A stretch of 64,000 nt of DNA from positions 55,738,001 through 55,802,000 of the forward strand of contig OZ287748.1 of assembly GCA_965649765.1 (NCBI GenBank), written 5' to 3'. This DNA is from Bispira polyomma (lineage: Eukaryota). The position numbers and the translations under genes were made by a program. The notes beneath the pieces are model-generated. The model was given only the letters and a program-made list of their open reading frames with translations, did not search any database and was not told where the DNA came from. Shown piece by piece: positions 39,201 through 52,275 of this stretch (position 1 is its first letter; each line of letters starts with the position of its first letter).

Positions 39201-41499
39201 CTCAAATAAAAGGATTTGGAAACTTGCAAGACAGAGGTTTTTTTTTAACTTTTAATTTCATACCATTTGTTTAAAATATTTGTAACAAAACTGCAACCAA
39301 TTAATACTATTTCTTACAATACACATTAATGGGGAAATAGTTATTTGGGATGCACAACAAGTCAAATGCCTTAATTTATTAAACAGGAGACAATTATTGC
39401 AGGGGTTCAGTGGGGAGCATGGGAATCAATTTATTTCAGAACAAATAATTTGTTATGTATTTAAAATTATAAAATCAAAAGGGTTTCACAGATATAATTA
39501 TATCAGTGAAGCTGTATTTTGCATAATATATACATTGAACCTGCAAGTTAGAAGTGTACCAAAATATTGCAATCAATCAGTTCTCAGCCTTCACTTATAT
39601 ATACATCATATTATAAGCATTTTACTTAATATAAAAACAGTTGTTAGAGTCTTTGTCACGATAGAAATTTATACTACTAAATATGTTTCCAGTTTGAATA
39701 GCTATATACACTGCAAAATGTATAAGCATACTCCCGCACAGTTGCAACTTTGCCTCTCCGTGTTACACATCATTTCAGGAATTTGTGGCATGTTTTTACT
39801 TCCACTGAAGCCATTTTCTGCCTTCTGTATGATGACATTTCTCTGTACCTGATAACCCTATCACTACCCCCGATTGAAAAACTGGTGATTTTGTTGTCAC
39901 AAGACACCACAGAATATAGTAAGCGGCGACGTTGAAATCACCTCTTATGTCTATATGTTTTCGCTGAATGTGACCTTTTCATATGCAATAAACAGGTTTT
40001 CAGATATATAGCCATTGCAAGTTAATCACATGCTTTACTAAAGTCAATAAATCTTGGAGTACTATATTTAATACTATATAAGCTGTTAATGTAGTTCTAT
40101 GATTCCATAAGAGTGGTACTGTTAGTACTTCAAATATTTCTGTAATGAGATATTGATTTATAATGTGATGACAAGTTTACAACATATACTAAAGTATATA
40201 TCTTTTTCTTGTTTTGAATCTTCTACTATTAACTTAAGATTATTGTTCCTTGGTAAAACTTTACAACTTGCCATTCCGAACAAACTGGTGTATTGTAGTG
40301 GGGCATGACTGTAAAGCTCTACACACCACTTTTGAATATAATCAACTTAAGTATATAGAGAAGTATTGTAAAGGCAATGACAAGTGTGTAAAGTCTTTAA
40401 AATTACCTTTGAAGCAATTCTTTTGACAACTTCCAACTGTAATGTCGCAAAAATATGTGAGCCTGCAATTGGTTTTTCCCAGCCGATTCCAAGTCAAATT
40501 TGATGTCGTGATGACATTTTTAACATTTTATTGCAAAATTCTTAAGCAACTGTAAAAAAAATATAAAAAAAACATAAAAAAAATATAAAACACAATTTCA
40601 CAATTTCAAACTCTTAAACTAAACATTTTGACTTCTAAGGCAATAAAGTTAGTTTCAAGCCTTACATGTTATTCACAAAGGGGGTTGAGCGAATTTTAAG
40701 AGATAAGTGTGAAGTTTTTTTCTAACCCAGAGAGCGTTTTAACTGATCTAAGCTAAACTGGGAGAATTGCAGCAATTGAGAAAGTTCTAGATCGAACCCT
40801 CTTGGTACGTTTAACAGAGAAAAAGGGAAGTTTCTTTCATCTCTTGAGGTTACTGGAGAAAGTAGCAAGGTATGAAGGCAGTTGAAAGACAATAGCTTTG
40901 AAAGTTGTACATTGGATTTTAAACATAATTCGGTAATGAATGGGAAGCCAATGTAAATTTTTTGGTATGGACGCCCACAGGAATGGTGTATATGCATTTT
41001 GGGGCTGAAAATGAATTGAGTTATTAAAGATCTATCTATGTCATGTTTGATGCAGTTGGCTTCAGTAGCACCCTTGAGTTCACTGTGTCTTTGTGGTAAG
41101 AGTACATTTTCCTTGTAATATAAGTATACATCTGTAATTTACAGGAAAAGGGGAGGGGTGTTACATTACAAGTAATCTGCCTTCCCCCCAAAATGCAACA
41201 CCCCACGATATTACAATAAAGAGCACAAGTATCCCCCAGCACAACTTATGTCCCATACACCCACTTCTCTCACATCCCTACACCTCTGTCACAAAAACCA
41301 CTGGGATTCCTTCATTTCCCTACCCACAGGACACCAAACCCTACACCACCAACCCCTACCTCCCCAGCCCGTCATATCACCTCTGCTGTTTCTACCAAAA
41401 AACCCTCTGTTTGTTAAAAAAATACTATAGCCTTTCTTAGGTCTTTATTTAGTTAACTAATATGCATAGACTAGGTTTTATTCTTCTAAATATACTTAT

Positions 41500-41700
41500 A
41501 GGGGCGAAATCCCTGGTGAAGAAGTAACGCTCTCACCTCTAGCCACTGCAGTCGGCGTTCGAATATTGGTCATGACATATATACGGGAAAGGTCGCAGTA
41601 GACTCTGAAGGCTGGGGGTTCTGGCATACAGAAAACTGTGACAAAGTCCTGTACTGCTTTCCTCCACCACTAAACCAATGTTAAATTGAAAGTCTCATTC
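41500..41700 (+). mobile_element. Degraded V-domain-like tRNA SINE
   Basis: gttcgaat B-box, cgggaaaggtcgcagtagactctgaaggctgggggtt, tttcctccaccactaaa. Confidence 0.6.
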
Positions 41701-41751
41701 ACAATACTTCTTTTTAGAAGGTATAAAAAATACACACAAAATGTAAATTTA

Positions 41752-41970
41752 ATAAGATGGGCACTCAGGAAAGTGCATACTTGCGCCTAGGTTCCTCTGT
41801 TAAAAAAATTGAAAAAAATTGGATCTGCCCTTCTACCCAGATTTTCTCCAAGATCTAGTGCAAATTTCCTTGTCTTATATGTGATGTAAATAGGGTCAAC
41901 AGTTTTTATGCGACAAACAAACAAACGCAATGAACATGGGAGAAAAAAGCATAACCTTCTTGGCGGTTGA
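41752..41970 (-). mobile_element. Helentron/DINE-like non-autonomous element
   Basis: Reverse complement reads ccgccaagaaggttatg..(gttt)n..gatcc..ggcgcaagtatgcactttcctgagtgcccatctt. This gives subterminal inverted repeats, an internal microsatellite and a 3' gcact..agtgc hairpin. Confidence 0.65.
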
Positions 41971-44390
41971 AGTTTGCTTCGTAGCATGTTAGATCCAATA
42001 TGCAAAGATATATAAAATATCAATATAAAAATGAAGTCAGTGTTGTAGCAACTTTAACCCAATATTAAAATATATATAAAAATGAAATATTTTCCATGTA
42101 ACTTTATAGATCCAATATACAAAAAGTTTAACTATAAAAATTAAGTTTGCCTGAAATAATCTCATTTCTTATGATTGTAATGGTTAGATATTCATAAAGA
42201 CAGATCCAATATCCAATGTACATTTGTCAAATGTACAAATGATTCGGGCTTATCTTTGATAGTGACATATAGACCCACCTATACCCACACATGGACTATG
42301 TATTATAACAATTGTTGTCAAGTCACAATCCCAAACCACCTTAGCCATGACAAGGCTAACACAGGTCACTACCTGACTGATGGATCTCTGTCATGAACCT
42401 TTAGTGCACACCACTCACTTTTCTCAGCTGGCCTGCTGTGAGAGGAGAGATTGGCCCAGGGTTGGATTTCACCCAGAGGCCAGCAAACCCTCTTTATATT
42501 GTATGTGTATGTATCAGCAATGGCACTGCTCTCAGGGGCAAGATTACAAACAAAAAAAGAGGGTAAACTATATAGTCTGTGACTACCACCAACCTCATGA
42601 TGGCCCCAATCACAAAATTATTATCTTCCTTTTGTAAATTTTATTAAAATAACAAAAGGCATAAACAACTTTAAGAAAGACACTAAAATTGTAGAGGCAA
42701 TCAAAAATGTACTTTTGTGTATTCATTTTTTTATACAGAAAACAGTGTACATATGGTATGGAATCCTACATTCTGAATTTAAGAGACATAGTTTCCTAGC
42801 CAAGTATGGGGGGTTTGGTCTTAATGTTTATTTTGCAAAATATCTTGTGCTGCTCAGTTCTGCCTTTTTGCTGTGTCTTTCGTTGGGTTATTAGGAACAG
42901 TTCTGTTATACCTACTCTATAATTTGCCCTCTAATCAAGAAAAGTCAGCTCAGGTAAATAGATGTGAAGTTTTCCATCCAAAGAAGGTCCTTTTTTTATT
43001 GTATATTTGTGAATATACTGAATAATTATAAGGAAAGCTTGACAGTTACATATCTAAATGTTTGCTAAAGCATTAGTTGGTATAGTTCAGTTCCTATCAC
43101 CATAAATATACATTCTGTAATAGAACACATATTCACACATACTTGGCCTACTTTGCTGTGCTTATGTAAAACTTTAGGCCAGGCCAAATGCTGCACATTG
43201 CATTTAATTCGTTTTATGCCAACTGAAGTCACCAATATAAAAACCAATCAGAGTTCCAAAAAGCATGACATAGGCATTGGACTATGGATTAGTTAGCAAA
43301 GAAATGTATAAAGAAGTTGGATTTATTGTTGTAATGTATTGTAGTCTGTGTCTTATTTAAAATGTCTTAAACATCCGGACATTTGCGCCTTCAGTTGAGA
43401 CGTACAAATAGTATTTCAACCATAGTTTTTTTTTCATATTCAAGCCAAGGGTATCATTGTCCTAGTGGTGGTAAGCATCTGCTTTAATATTACTAGCCCC
43501 TCGACTTTGTGAGGAGGACAGTATAATGGGATCTTACTGTTCTCTTCATATGGCAAAGTAATAGTGGTATGACTTGAACTACTTTGTTTATAGACACTTA
43601 TCTACAGATACGCATATATTCATTAATCCATCCCTCTATTTATCTTTGTAAAATAACTGAGTCAAATTTCGTCAATTTAACTGTAATTTAAACTCAAATC
43701 TTCAGAAAAAAAACAATTTGTTGACAAGCAACAGGCTTTGATTGGGTAGACCCCAAAACATAATACATACAGTTGCCTCAAAATTATCTTATTAGCAAAT
43801 CCATGACAACCATATATTTTATTTTAACATATCTATGGCCATGCAAAATGTTTTAAGTAGATGTATATTGTAAGTTGTGAAATCCAATGACATCTGGATA
43901 TATAATATGCTCTCTTATCCAATGCATTAATATTCGTTCATTCTTTTAAAATATGAGAAGAAAACGTTTGTGGCCTTACAGGTAAATAATATATTGCTGT
44001 TTCAGGTAATCTTGCAGTTATAGTTATTTTGTATTTAGTAGACGATATTAAGATTTGTGTGTCCTACTTGAATAAGCAAATCCATATTAATGTGTCACAT
44101 TTTTGAAAAAAAAACTTTACAGACAATCCATTGCTTATGTTGCTGAATGTCAAAAAGGACCAATAATGAAATCAGTTCACACATTATTAATATTGCAAGA
44201 TATGGTACATATATGTATATCTGTGGAGTGTTTGCTACAGCACTGTCAGTCCATGAATACTAGAGATCATGGCTCTTATGGATGGATATCGGTGTTGGCC
44301 CGACTGGTTTTCTAACTTTTTGGTAAACTTTATCCATTGACTCGAAATATATTGCGTAACTATATTGCCAGTCTTGTTGTATGTACTAAA

Positions 44391-44740
44391 TATAGTTGAA
44401 CTCCATTTAAGTCGAACCTTAATGGACCAGAAGAAATGCCCATAAAAAAGTTAAAATTCCACTTGAAACAGAGCAGCTATTAAAGGGGTCCTTGTAAAAC
44501 AACGGAAAAAGGGAATGTGACATAAAAGAGTTCTAGATAGAGATGGTTGGGTTGTAAAAATTGTCCAATTATTAATTTCCCATCGTATTTAAAGTATAAA
44601 TTGTTTATGAAACAAACCAAACCGTATTTAAAGTATAAATTGTTCATCAAACGAACCAAACCGTATTTAAAGTAAAAATTGTTCATGAAACAAACCAAAA
44701 CGTCATCTAAAATGAAAGTTGACTTAACCGAGTTCAACAC
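44391..44740. mobile_element. Tc1/mariner-like MITE remnant containing a 39-bp tandem repeat (about 3.5 copies)
   Basis: Left end tatagttgaactccatttaagtcgaac versus right end gttgacttaaccgagttcaac. Internal repeat cgtatttaaagtataaattgtt.atgaaacaaaccaaac at 44584-44710. Confidence 0.55.
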
Positions 44741-45799
44741 AAAAGGGTCTGGGCTGTACATGTATAGAATCTACATACATGATGAATAGTAAAAAATCTG
44801 TTAAATTATTGATTTTCCGTCATATTAAATGTATAAATTGTTCATAAAACAACCCCTCCCCCCAACCCCAAACAAAAAACCCACCAAACTATTCCCTCTT
44901 TAGAAAAGATTGTGTTTTATATTATTTAATTGATGGCAAATGTTCTTCTCTTCTTCTTTTTGTGTGTGGGGAGACAATCAGAATGGAACAGAGAGGGAAA
45001 GCAGACTGGTTACAGCATCATTAAGGGGGCTTTATTTATGACACAGGGGTGACAAAGATACTCCATAATAGTATCATTACTTTTAATAAAGATGTTTTAA
45101 CCGGGGGGAATAAAACATAACGCAGGTAAGATGTAATTGTTCTAATTACAAGGCGGTAATTAGTCTCGGTTCCTTAACCTCTGTTCCTTCATCAAATCGC
45201 CTTATTAATTGAAATCACTCCATAAATCTGTCCCCAGTCTGTCCCATTAAAGGTCTGGCCCCCGCGACATCTTGCCGATGAAAAAGAAAAAGAAAGGAAA
45301 GTTTGTTGCTGTTTTATCTCCCCCTCCTCCCCTCTGTAGTAGAATAAAAAAAAATTGTATCTAAGTAGCTTGCCCCTTTCTCTATCTATGGTCCAATGAC
45401 AAGCAGCTTTCATCTTCCCTGTCATAAATGCATTTTATGCAGATTTTAATAGATTTCATAGATTTGTATAGACAAAAAAAAGAGAGTGATTGTTGACTTA
45501 AAACACTCCCCATATATAATGTCCCAGATCAATGAGGGGGGGAGGGGTAACTTTATTTTTTGTTTCTCAGTAAAATAATGTACACGTAGTAAAGTCCATC
45601 AAATACGTATAATCGACAAAATTTATAAGTGACTCCGACCAGAAATACTCTACATAATTAAAAGTCATATGTATGTCATTAGCTTCCTTTAACAAGGTTA
45701 TTGTCCTCTAATATAATATAATCTACTACTTTTAGGCATTAAATTTTCCTTCTAGAAGAACTTGAAGCGCCCCAAACATCCTTATCATAGGTGATGTAA

Positions 45800-46015
45800 T
45801 GCTCTTTGTCCTGATGTTATGTCTTCGATCGTATCCTTTCGTTGGTTGGTTTGCTTGTCACCAGGATTACAAGAAAGCCACTGAACACATTTATATAAAT
45901 GTTGGTGACGGGTTGTCACATATGGCATGGAGTGGATCTAGGTAGAAGGACGAATCCATGAGCATTTAAATGTTTTGTCACTTGGTATTCACTCAACTTA
46001 GTGCCAATCTGGTTA
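45800..46015 (+). mobile_element. Helentron/DINE-like element remnant
   Basis: gttatgtctt..gttggttggtttgcttgtcaccaggattac..actgaacacattt..ggatct..cactcaacttagtgccaatctggtt. Confidence 0.5.
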
Positions 46016-46194
46016 TACACAAAATTAGCTGTATGTTTAACCATTCACGTAAATGTAAATTCAATTGATTGAGAGATATTGATTCAGACATGGATATTTG
46101 AATGTAATTCTGGTACATTACACTACAAAGGATTAACAAACAACAATTGGATATAAAATGCGCATTACACTAATATTTATATATTGAGATGGTT

Positions 46195-47097
46195 ATCTGA
46201 CATTGGCTTATATATGGCTTATTTCTGGCACTAGTTTGGGTTTATGCCTGGCTTATGATTCATGTCTGGCATTAGCTTATGACTTATGCTTGGTACTTGG
46301 ATTTAAGTTATGTTTGACACCGTCTTATGTCTGGCACCGATTTATGTCTGGTGCTGGCTTATGTCTGGACTCTGTCTTATGCCAGACACTGGCTTATGTC
46401 TTGCACGAGCTTATGCCTTATGTCAAACACTGGCTTATGTCAGGCACTGGCTTATATTTTATGCCTGACACTGGCTTATATTTTATGTCTGACACTGGTT
46501 TCTATCTGACATTGACACTGGATTATGTCAGGCACTGGCTTATATTTAATGCCTGACACTGGCTTATATTTTATTTCTGACACTGGCTTTTATCTGACAC
46601 TGACACTGGCTTATGTCAGGCACTGGCTTATAGTTTTCTGTCTTATATATTATGGATGACACTGTATTATGCCTGACACTAGCATCTGTTTTATGTCTGG
46701 CACTGGCTTTTATGTGTTATGTGTGGCACTGGCTTATGTGTGGCACTGGTTTTTGGCCTTCTATCTGACACTGTTTTTTATGCCTTATGTCTGTCACTGG
46801 CTTATGTCTGTCACTGGCTTTTTAGCTTTATATCTGACACTGTCTGTTATGCCTTATGTCTAGCACTGGCTTATGTCTGGCACTAGATTTTATGTCTTAT
46901 GTCTGGCACTGGCTTTAATGTCTTATGTCTGGCACTGGCTTATGTCTTTTGTCTGGCACTGACTTTTATGTCTTATGTCTGGCACTGTATCATGTCTTAT
47001 GTCTGGCACTGGCTTATGTCTTATGTCTGGCACTGACTTATGTCTTATGTCTGGCACTGGTTCATGTCTTATGTCTGGCGCTGGCTTATGTCTTATA
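46195..47097. repeat. Complex minisatellite, 17-24-bp unit (ttatgtctggcactggc with or without ttatgtc)
   Basis: Directly visible. It accounts for the ORFs at 46203-47346. Confidence 0.95.
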
Positions 47098-48031
47098 ACT
47101 GATACTTACTTAAAACTTTCGCGAATCACTGATATCCCTATAATCAAGGGTTTTCTGGCAGCTAAATTTGAGTTGGGCAGATTTTTGTGTGTTTACAGGT
47201 GTACCACAGGCCTGTGTCTTCTCTGTATTAAGGACATCAAAACACAGAGAACAGTGAGTGACAAAGACAAATACATTCCACGGAGTTCACTGGTAACACG
47301 TGCAGCAGTTGACACATTGCTTTATAACCACCCTGTGTCTGTGTGAGTGTGTGTGTGTATGTGTGGCTGATTTTTTATTGCATCTGAATTTGAAAAAACC
47401 CACATCATTTGTATGGGAAACATATCTTAATTAAAGGTAAAAAATGGGGGTTGAGGTGAGTTTTGTGGTAACGGAGGGTTTGGAGGTAGGCGGGAGGGGG
47501 AGGGTGGCTGGGGAGGGGGTGGCTGGTTGGAGACAGGAGTTGGCAATGAAAGAGTCTTCATAAGTGAGTTATCACTTTAATTATTGCAATTATGACCACG
47601 ACTCTGCGTGAATGATTGAAAAAATAAAGCATTTCATGGGAGAGAAAAGGTTTGTGAGGGGGGGGGGGGAGTGGGGGGGGAGGGAGTGGGTGGCAGTTGA
47701 CTGTTATTGTGAAGAGTAAGTTTTGTTAAAGGCAGTCACACATATACAATCTGCAGCATGTGGTGCCCAAATATTCTGACTGGAATTTGAAAGAAGCAAG
47801 GTGAAAATAAATTGTCTTTTGTTTAAAAGGTATGCTTTTTAAAGTCATATAAAAATTAAGAAAAAAATATTTCTATTTATATATTTCCATGTGAACATTG
47901 TAATATATGGTATGTAGTGTAATGGTTTATGCTCGAGTTAGCGGTGGCCAAGACTGTTTTTATCGTAACTTTCAAAAAAATTGGAGTCTGATTTGCCTTC
48001 ATCACGTTTACTTTTTATAGTTTAATTAGGG

Positions 48032-48976
48032 AGTATAAAGAATACCCCTACCTATAACCAATACCAAAACCTTGACTTTTTTAGTATAAAGAATACCCCT
48101 ACCTATAACCAATACCAAAAACTTGACTATTTTAGTATTAAGCATACCCTACTTATAAACCAATACCAAAACCTTGACTATTTTAGTATAAAGCATACCC
48201 TACTTATAAACCAATACCAAAACCTTGACTATTATAGTATAAAGCATACCCTACTTATAAACCAATACCAAAACCTTGACTATTTTAGTATAAAGCATAC
48301 CCTACTTATAAACCAATACCTAAACCTTGACTATTTTAGTATAAAGCATACCCTACTTATAAACCAATACCTAAACCTTGACTATTTTAGTATAAAGCAT
48401 ACCTTACTTATAAACCAATACCAAAAGTTTGACTATTTTAAAATGAAGCATACCCTATTTATAACCGATACCAAAACTTTGACTATTTTAGTATGAAGCA
48501 TACACTACTTATAAACCAATACCAAGACATTGACTATTCTAGTATAAAGCATACCTACGTATAAACCAATACCTAAACCTTGACTATTTTAGTGTAAAGC
48601 ATACTCACTTATAAACCGTTACCAAAACCTTGACTATTATAGTATAAAGCATACCCTAATTATAAACCAATACCAAAACCTTGACTATTTTAGTATAAAG
48701 CATACCCTACTTATAAATCAATACCTAAACCTTGACTATTTTAGTATAAAGCATACCCTAATTATAAACCAATACCAAAACCTTGACTATTTTAGTATAA
48801 AGCATACCCTACTTATAAACCGATACTAAAAGTTAGACTATTTTAGTATAAAGCATACCCTACTTATAACCAATACCAAAACCTTGACTATTTTAGTATA
48901 AAATACCCTATTATGACCATTACCAAAAGCTTGACTATTTTAGTGTATATATATTTTAGAATACCCCTACTTATAA
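48032..48976. repeat. Minisatellite, ~51-bp unit, about 18 copies
   Basis: Unit tagtataaagcataccctacttataaaccaataccaaaaccttgactattt. Confidence 0.97.
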
Positions 48977-50039
48977 GCAAATTAAAAGAAAGACCAAACA
49001 TAGGACCGCACTTCGATTACATAGGAAGATATCAATGTTACTCCCACCATTCATTCACTACAGGAATTATTGACAGCTTTACTCCTAATACATCAAAACC
49101 TCTTGCTCACAAGTCATTTGTTTTAAAACACACACACAACTGTTACAAAACGAATAGCAGTGATTAATTTCTGCTGAAAGATAAAAAAGCCTTGAAAACC
49201 CTTGGCAAGAAATTATATGTCCTCGATAGTTGAGGTATTATGAAAACCAATTGTCAGGAAGTTACATCTTGTATTTCCCCCTTTCTACGTCTCCCCCACT
49301 CTTCCTCTGACTTCTGTCCTAATTGTCCATATGGCCATCATAATAACAGTATCTGCAAAATATGTAAAGCTGTGGATTTAAAACTTTCAATGTTAGCAAA
49401 TCCCAAAAAGGAAAACAAGAGATTGTATTGCTGTGCAGGGAAGTCTGATTCATTGTGTTTCAGAAATAACATTCTTTATCTAAACATTCAAATTTGTTTA
49501 AGTTAAAAACACGAAGAAGCTGATCTTAACTTAGGGACAATACTATCTTTTTTCTTTCTTTTTTTTTACAAAAAGAAAAGGATGAAATCAATGGGTTAGC
49601 ATAGCAAGAAATTGATATTCCTTTATTGTGCATTATCATGTCAATCCCATTGAAATCAATGGTAGAAAACACACATAGATAGACACACTAGATGCTACAC
49701 TACTGTTATTACTACATCTCCCTAATTATATAACATTTCTACCACCAAATGCTTGTCCTCTTCTCAACAGATTTCACCCAACACACACACACACACACAT
49801 AGATGATTATATGTGTCATTTCTGTCCTCGGCTATTGCAAGGTGTCAAATAGGTAGCTAGATCAATGTGTACATATAAACCCGTCTAGCTCAAATTTTCA
49901 TTTGCAGGAGTTTTACAGATAGCACAGCATATTGTGGTAATTATTTAAAGCATTACAAACCCCAACAAGATGTACAATCTGGGCTATAGTAGTTGTTATT
50001 TGTGTTTTGTTTTTTAAATTCTACCAGTATTTGTTTACT

Positions 50040-50350
50040 GGGGAGTCTGGATGGTGCAAAAGGTACCAGTTCGGGTTTGATTCTTTAGCACGACACGTAG
50101 AATAGAAAGTTGGCAGAATACTTGTTCCAGGGCGGGTGGCTTCGGGTATAGAAAACCTTAAAAAGCAACCCTTTAATCTCTGCTGGGGCTTTAAGTGGGT
50201 AAAAGTTGGCAGTTACTTGCCGATGGTCGCTTGTTTACGGTCTAGAATCTTGACCACCTAGTATATAAACTTCATTCCTCCAGCACTAAAAAACAGGCCT
50301 GTCATCCTATGACCTATATAATGTGTTAAAAAGTGATGATAAACCCATAT
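50040..50350 (+). mobile_element. V-domain-like tRNA SINE with internally duplicated body
   Basis: B-box gggtttgattc; aaagttggcag..acttg occurs at both 50106 and 50202; ttcctccagcactaaaa; tail aaaagtgatgataaaccc. Confidence 0.7.
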
Positions 50351-50854
50351 CACCTCAAATGAATAAATAAGCGCACCGTCATAATATTAAAACACTCAGT
50401 TATTGAAAGCACGACTGAAAATAAAATCTAAATGTGTTGTGTTTTTTTATCCCAATGCAGATTCCATGGTCATAAAGGAATTGCTTAGGAGAGATATTTG
50501 GCATAAAACCATGATCAACTATCCTATTCTGCTTTCCAACATCAATAAGCAGTCCATTCTGATCTCTAATACTTAGCCGTTGAAATCGTTGTTACACAGA
50601 AAATAAAATCCAACTTTTCAAATTCAATACTATCCAAGAGGTTGTTTTCACACAGATATACTGAATAACATGTGTTACAATTTCTAATTTAGGTGAGAAG
50701 GTAAAGTACTATTGTTGATGACGGGTATACTCAACGGCTTGACCTCCTGATCTATCTAGAATGCTTCCAGGACAGCATATTTTTTTTTTCTGGCCCTTAA
50801 AGTGGCCCTGTGTCATATCATGATGGACAGTTCACAGTTGGTAGAAATCAGAGC

Positions 50855-51222
50855 AGTGTTGTTGGTCAAGGTTTTCTGGTCTACAAGCCACCAGCTTCCA
50901 GCAAGTCTACTGCCAACTTTTTCAGAAACACACCAGGGTCGAGACTCAAACCCATGCCACTACATCACCTAGGCCCCCATTTAGGAGGGCAGGGGTCTGT
51001 AGATATGTTGGTTGTAAGTATGTGCTTTAATATAACCAGCCTACCGCCTGTGAATACATTGAGTTTTACTTCACTGCTTCCTTCATGTGGAAAAGTTTTT
51101 AGGTACTTACTTTACTTAGTTTGGTGGTTTCCAGTACAAATAGTACTGGTTTCCTCCACTAATAAATCTGGCCACTACTTTTTGACCAAATATGTTCAAA
51201 GTGACATAAATCCTAAACAAAA
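50855..51222. mobile_element. Back-to-back V-like SINEs (minus fragment 50855-50980, plus copy 50990-51222)
   Basis: Minus: cagcaagtctactgccaacttt..gagactcaaaccc..cctaggcc. Plus: gtggaaaagtttttaggtacttact..ggtttcctccactaataaatctggccac..aaagtgacataaa. Confidence 0.65.
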
Positions 51223-52059
51223 TACAGCTCTTCAGTCTATGGAAGGAACACAGGGTTTAGGTTTAAAGAAAGAGATAATGAAGCCAGTGTGGCTTGATTC
51301 TTTGTCTTATTAATTCTTAATGCAGAAGCCTAGTAATGGTGTGTACTTTACAACGGTAGTTTCTTTAGTTTTCTTTAATTTTAATATAAGTTTAGTTTTA
51401 ACTTTATGTATTATCTAATAAGTCATGCTGTAAAATCTTCAAAGGTAAATATTTTTTCCAAGTTTATGCAATGGAAAAGCTTGCAACTTCATATAAAGGT
51501 TGGATAATTTAGGAATGATTCTCCATTTTGGTTAATTTCCCATATTTTACATACAATTAAAAAAAAAGAAACCACTATCGTCACATCAGCATGTATGCCA
51601 ATTTCTGCATGAATTTTCTTTTCATTATTAAAGTATTAATTCACCGCAGAGGACATGCAGTCATCTATTAGGGAACAGATGTATTTCGTGGTTCTGTAAT
51701 TGTGCCTCATAAATTTTGTCAAAGTAACCACGGCTGTATACATTGTACAAAATTATGTGATCCAACAGCTAACACTGTGTGGCCAGAATAAAGCCACTAA
51801 ACACTAAACTTCGGACATAATGGACCATTTCACCAGTGTCATTCAATACTTTATTAATACAATTCTGTCCTACATAAAATGGTATATTTAGATCATCAAT
51901 AAAGGTGTCTATTAGTGGAAAATGAGTAAAAAATATATAGGTATTTCTTGTAAAACATGTGCCCTTAATGGGGGGTGGGGGGGTGGGGGGGGGTGGGGGG
52001 GGGGGGTGATTAAGGACACAAATTGAAATATCGATATTGGTAGGGTCACTAAGGAAGTG

Positions 52060-52275
52060 ATGTATTTACTTGTTCCTGTTGGTTGGTGTGTTTTCACGCT
52101 AGCTACGGAACTGATTTATATTAAATTTATTTTAAGGGTTCTGGGCGAATCGTCCAAGAAAGAATCTATTAAACTTTGAAGTGCATCGGGGTAAACGGTA
52201 GATCTACAATTACTGTTTTAACGTTTTCATCAATTTGGCCGAGCTATGCCCTCCACTGAGTGCTCTTCTGGGTTG
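52060..52275 (+). mobile_element. Helentron/DINE-like element remnant
   Basis: gttggttggtgtg..ctacggaactgattt..ccaagaaagaatctattaaactttga..tggccgagctatgccctccactgagtgctcttctgg. Confidence 0.55.

Noticed and set aside
39397-39852. 151-aa ORF
   Set aside because: AT-rich composition typical of a chance ORF, non-ATG start, and no motif or splice support.
39875-39897. tgaaaaactggtgattttgttgt matches mature miR-7 at 20 of 23 nt
   Set aside because: Two mismatches fall in the seed (GGAAGA becomes GAAAAA) and there is no star arm at precursor spacing; likely chance.
46203-47346. Repetitive ORFs such as MSGTGLCL repeats
   Set aside because: Products of the minisatellite; unit lengths vary by non-multiples of three.
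50810-51313. 167-aa ORF
   Set aside because: It spans two back-to-back SINE remnants, has a non-ATG start and no recognisable domain.
52111-52120. TGATTTATAT Pbx-Hox-like site
   Set aside because: It lies inside a Helentron-like repeat remnant where this motif is part of the element.
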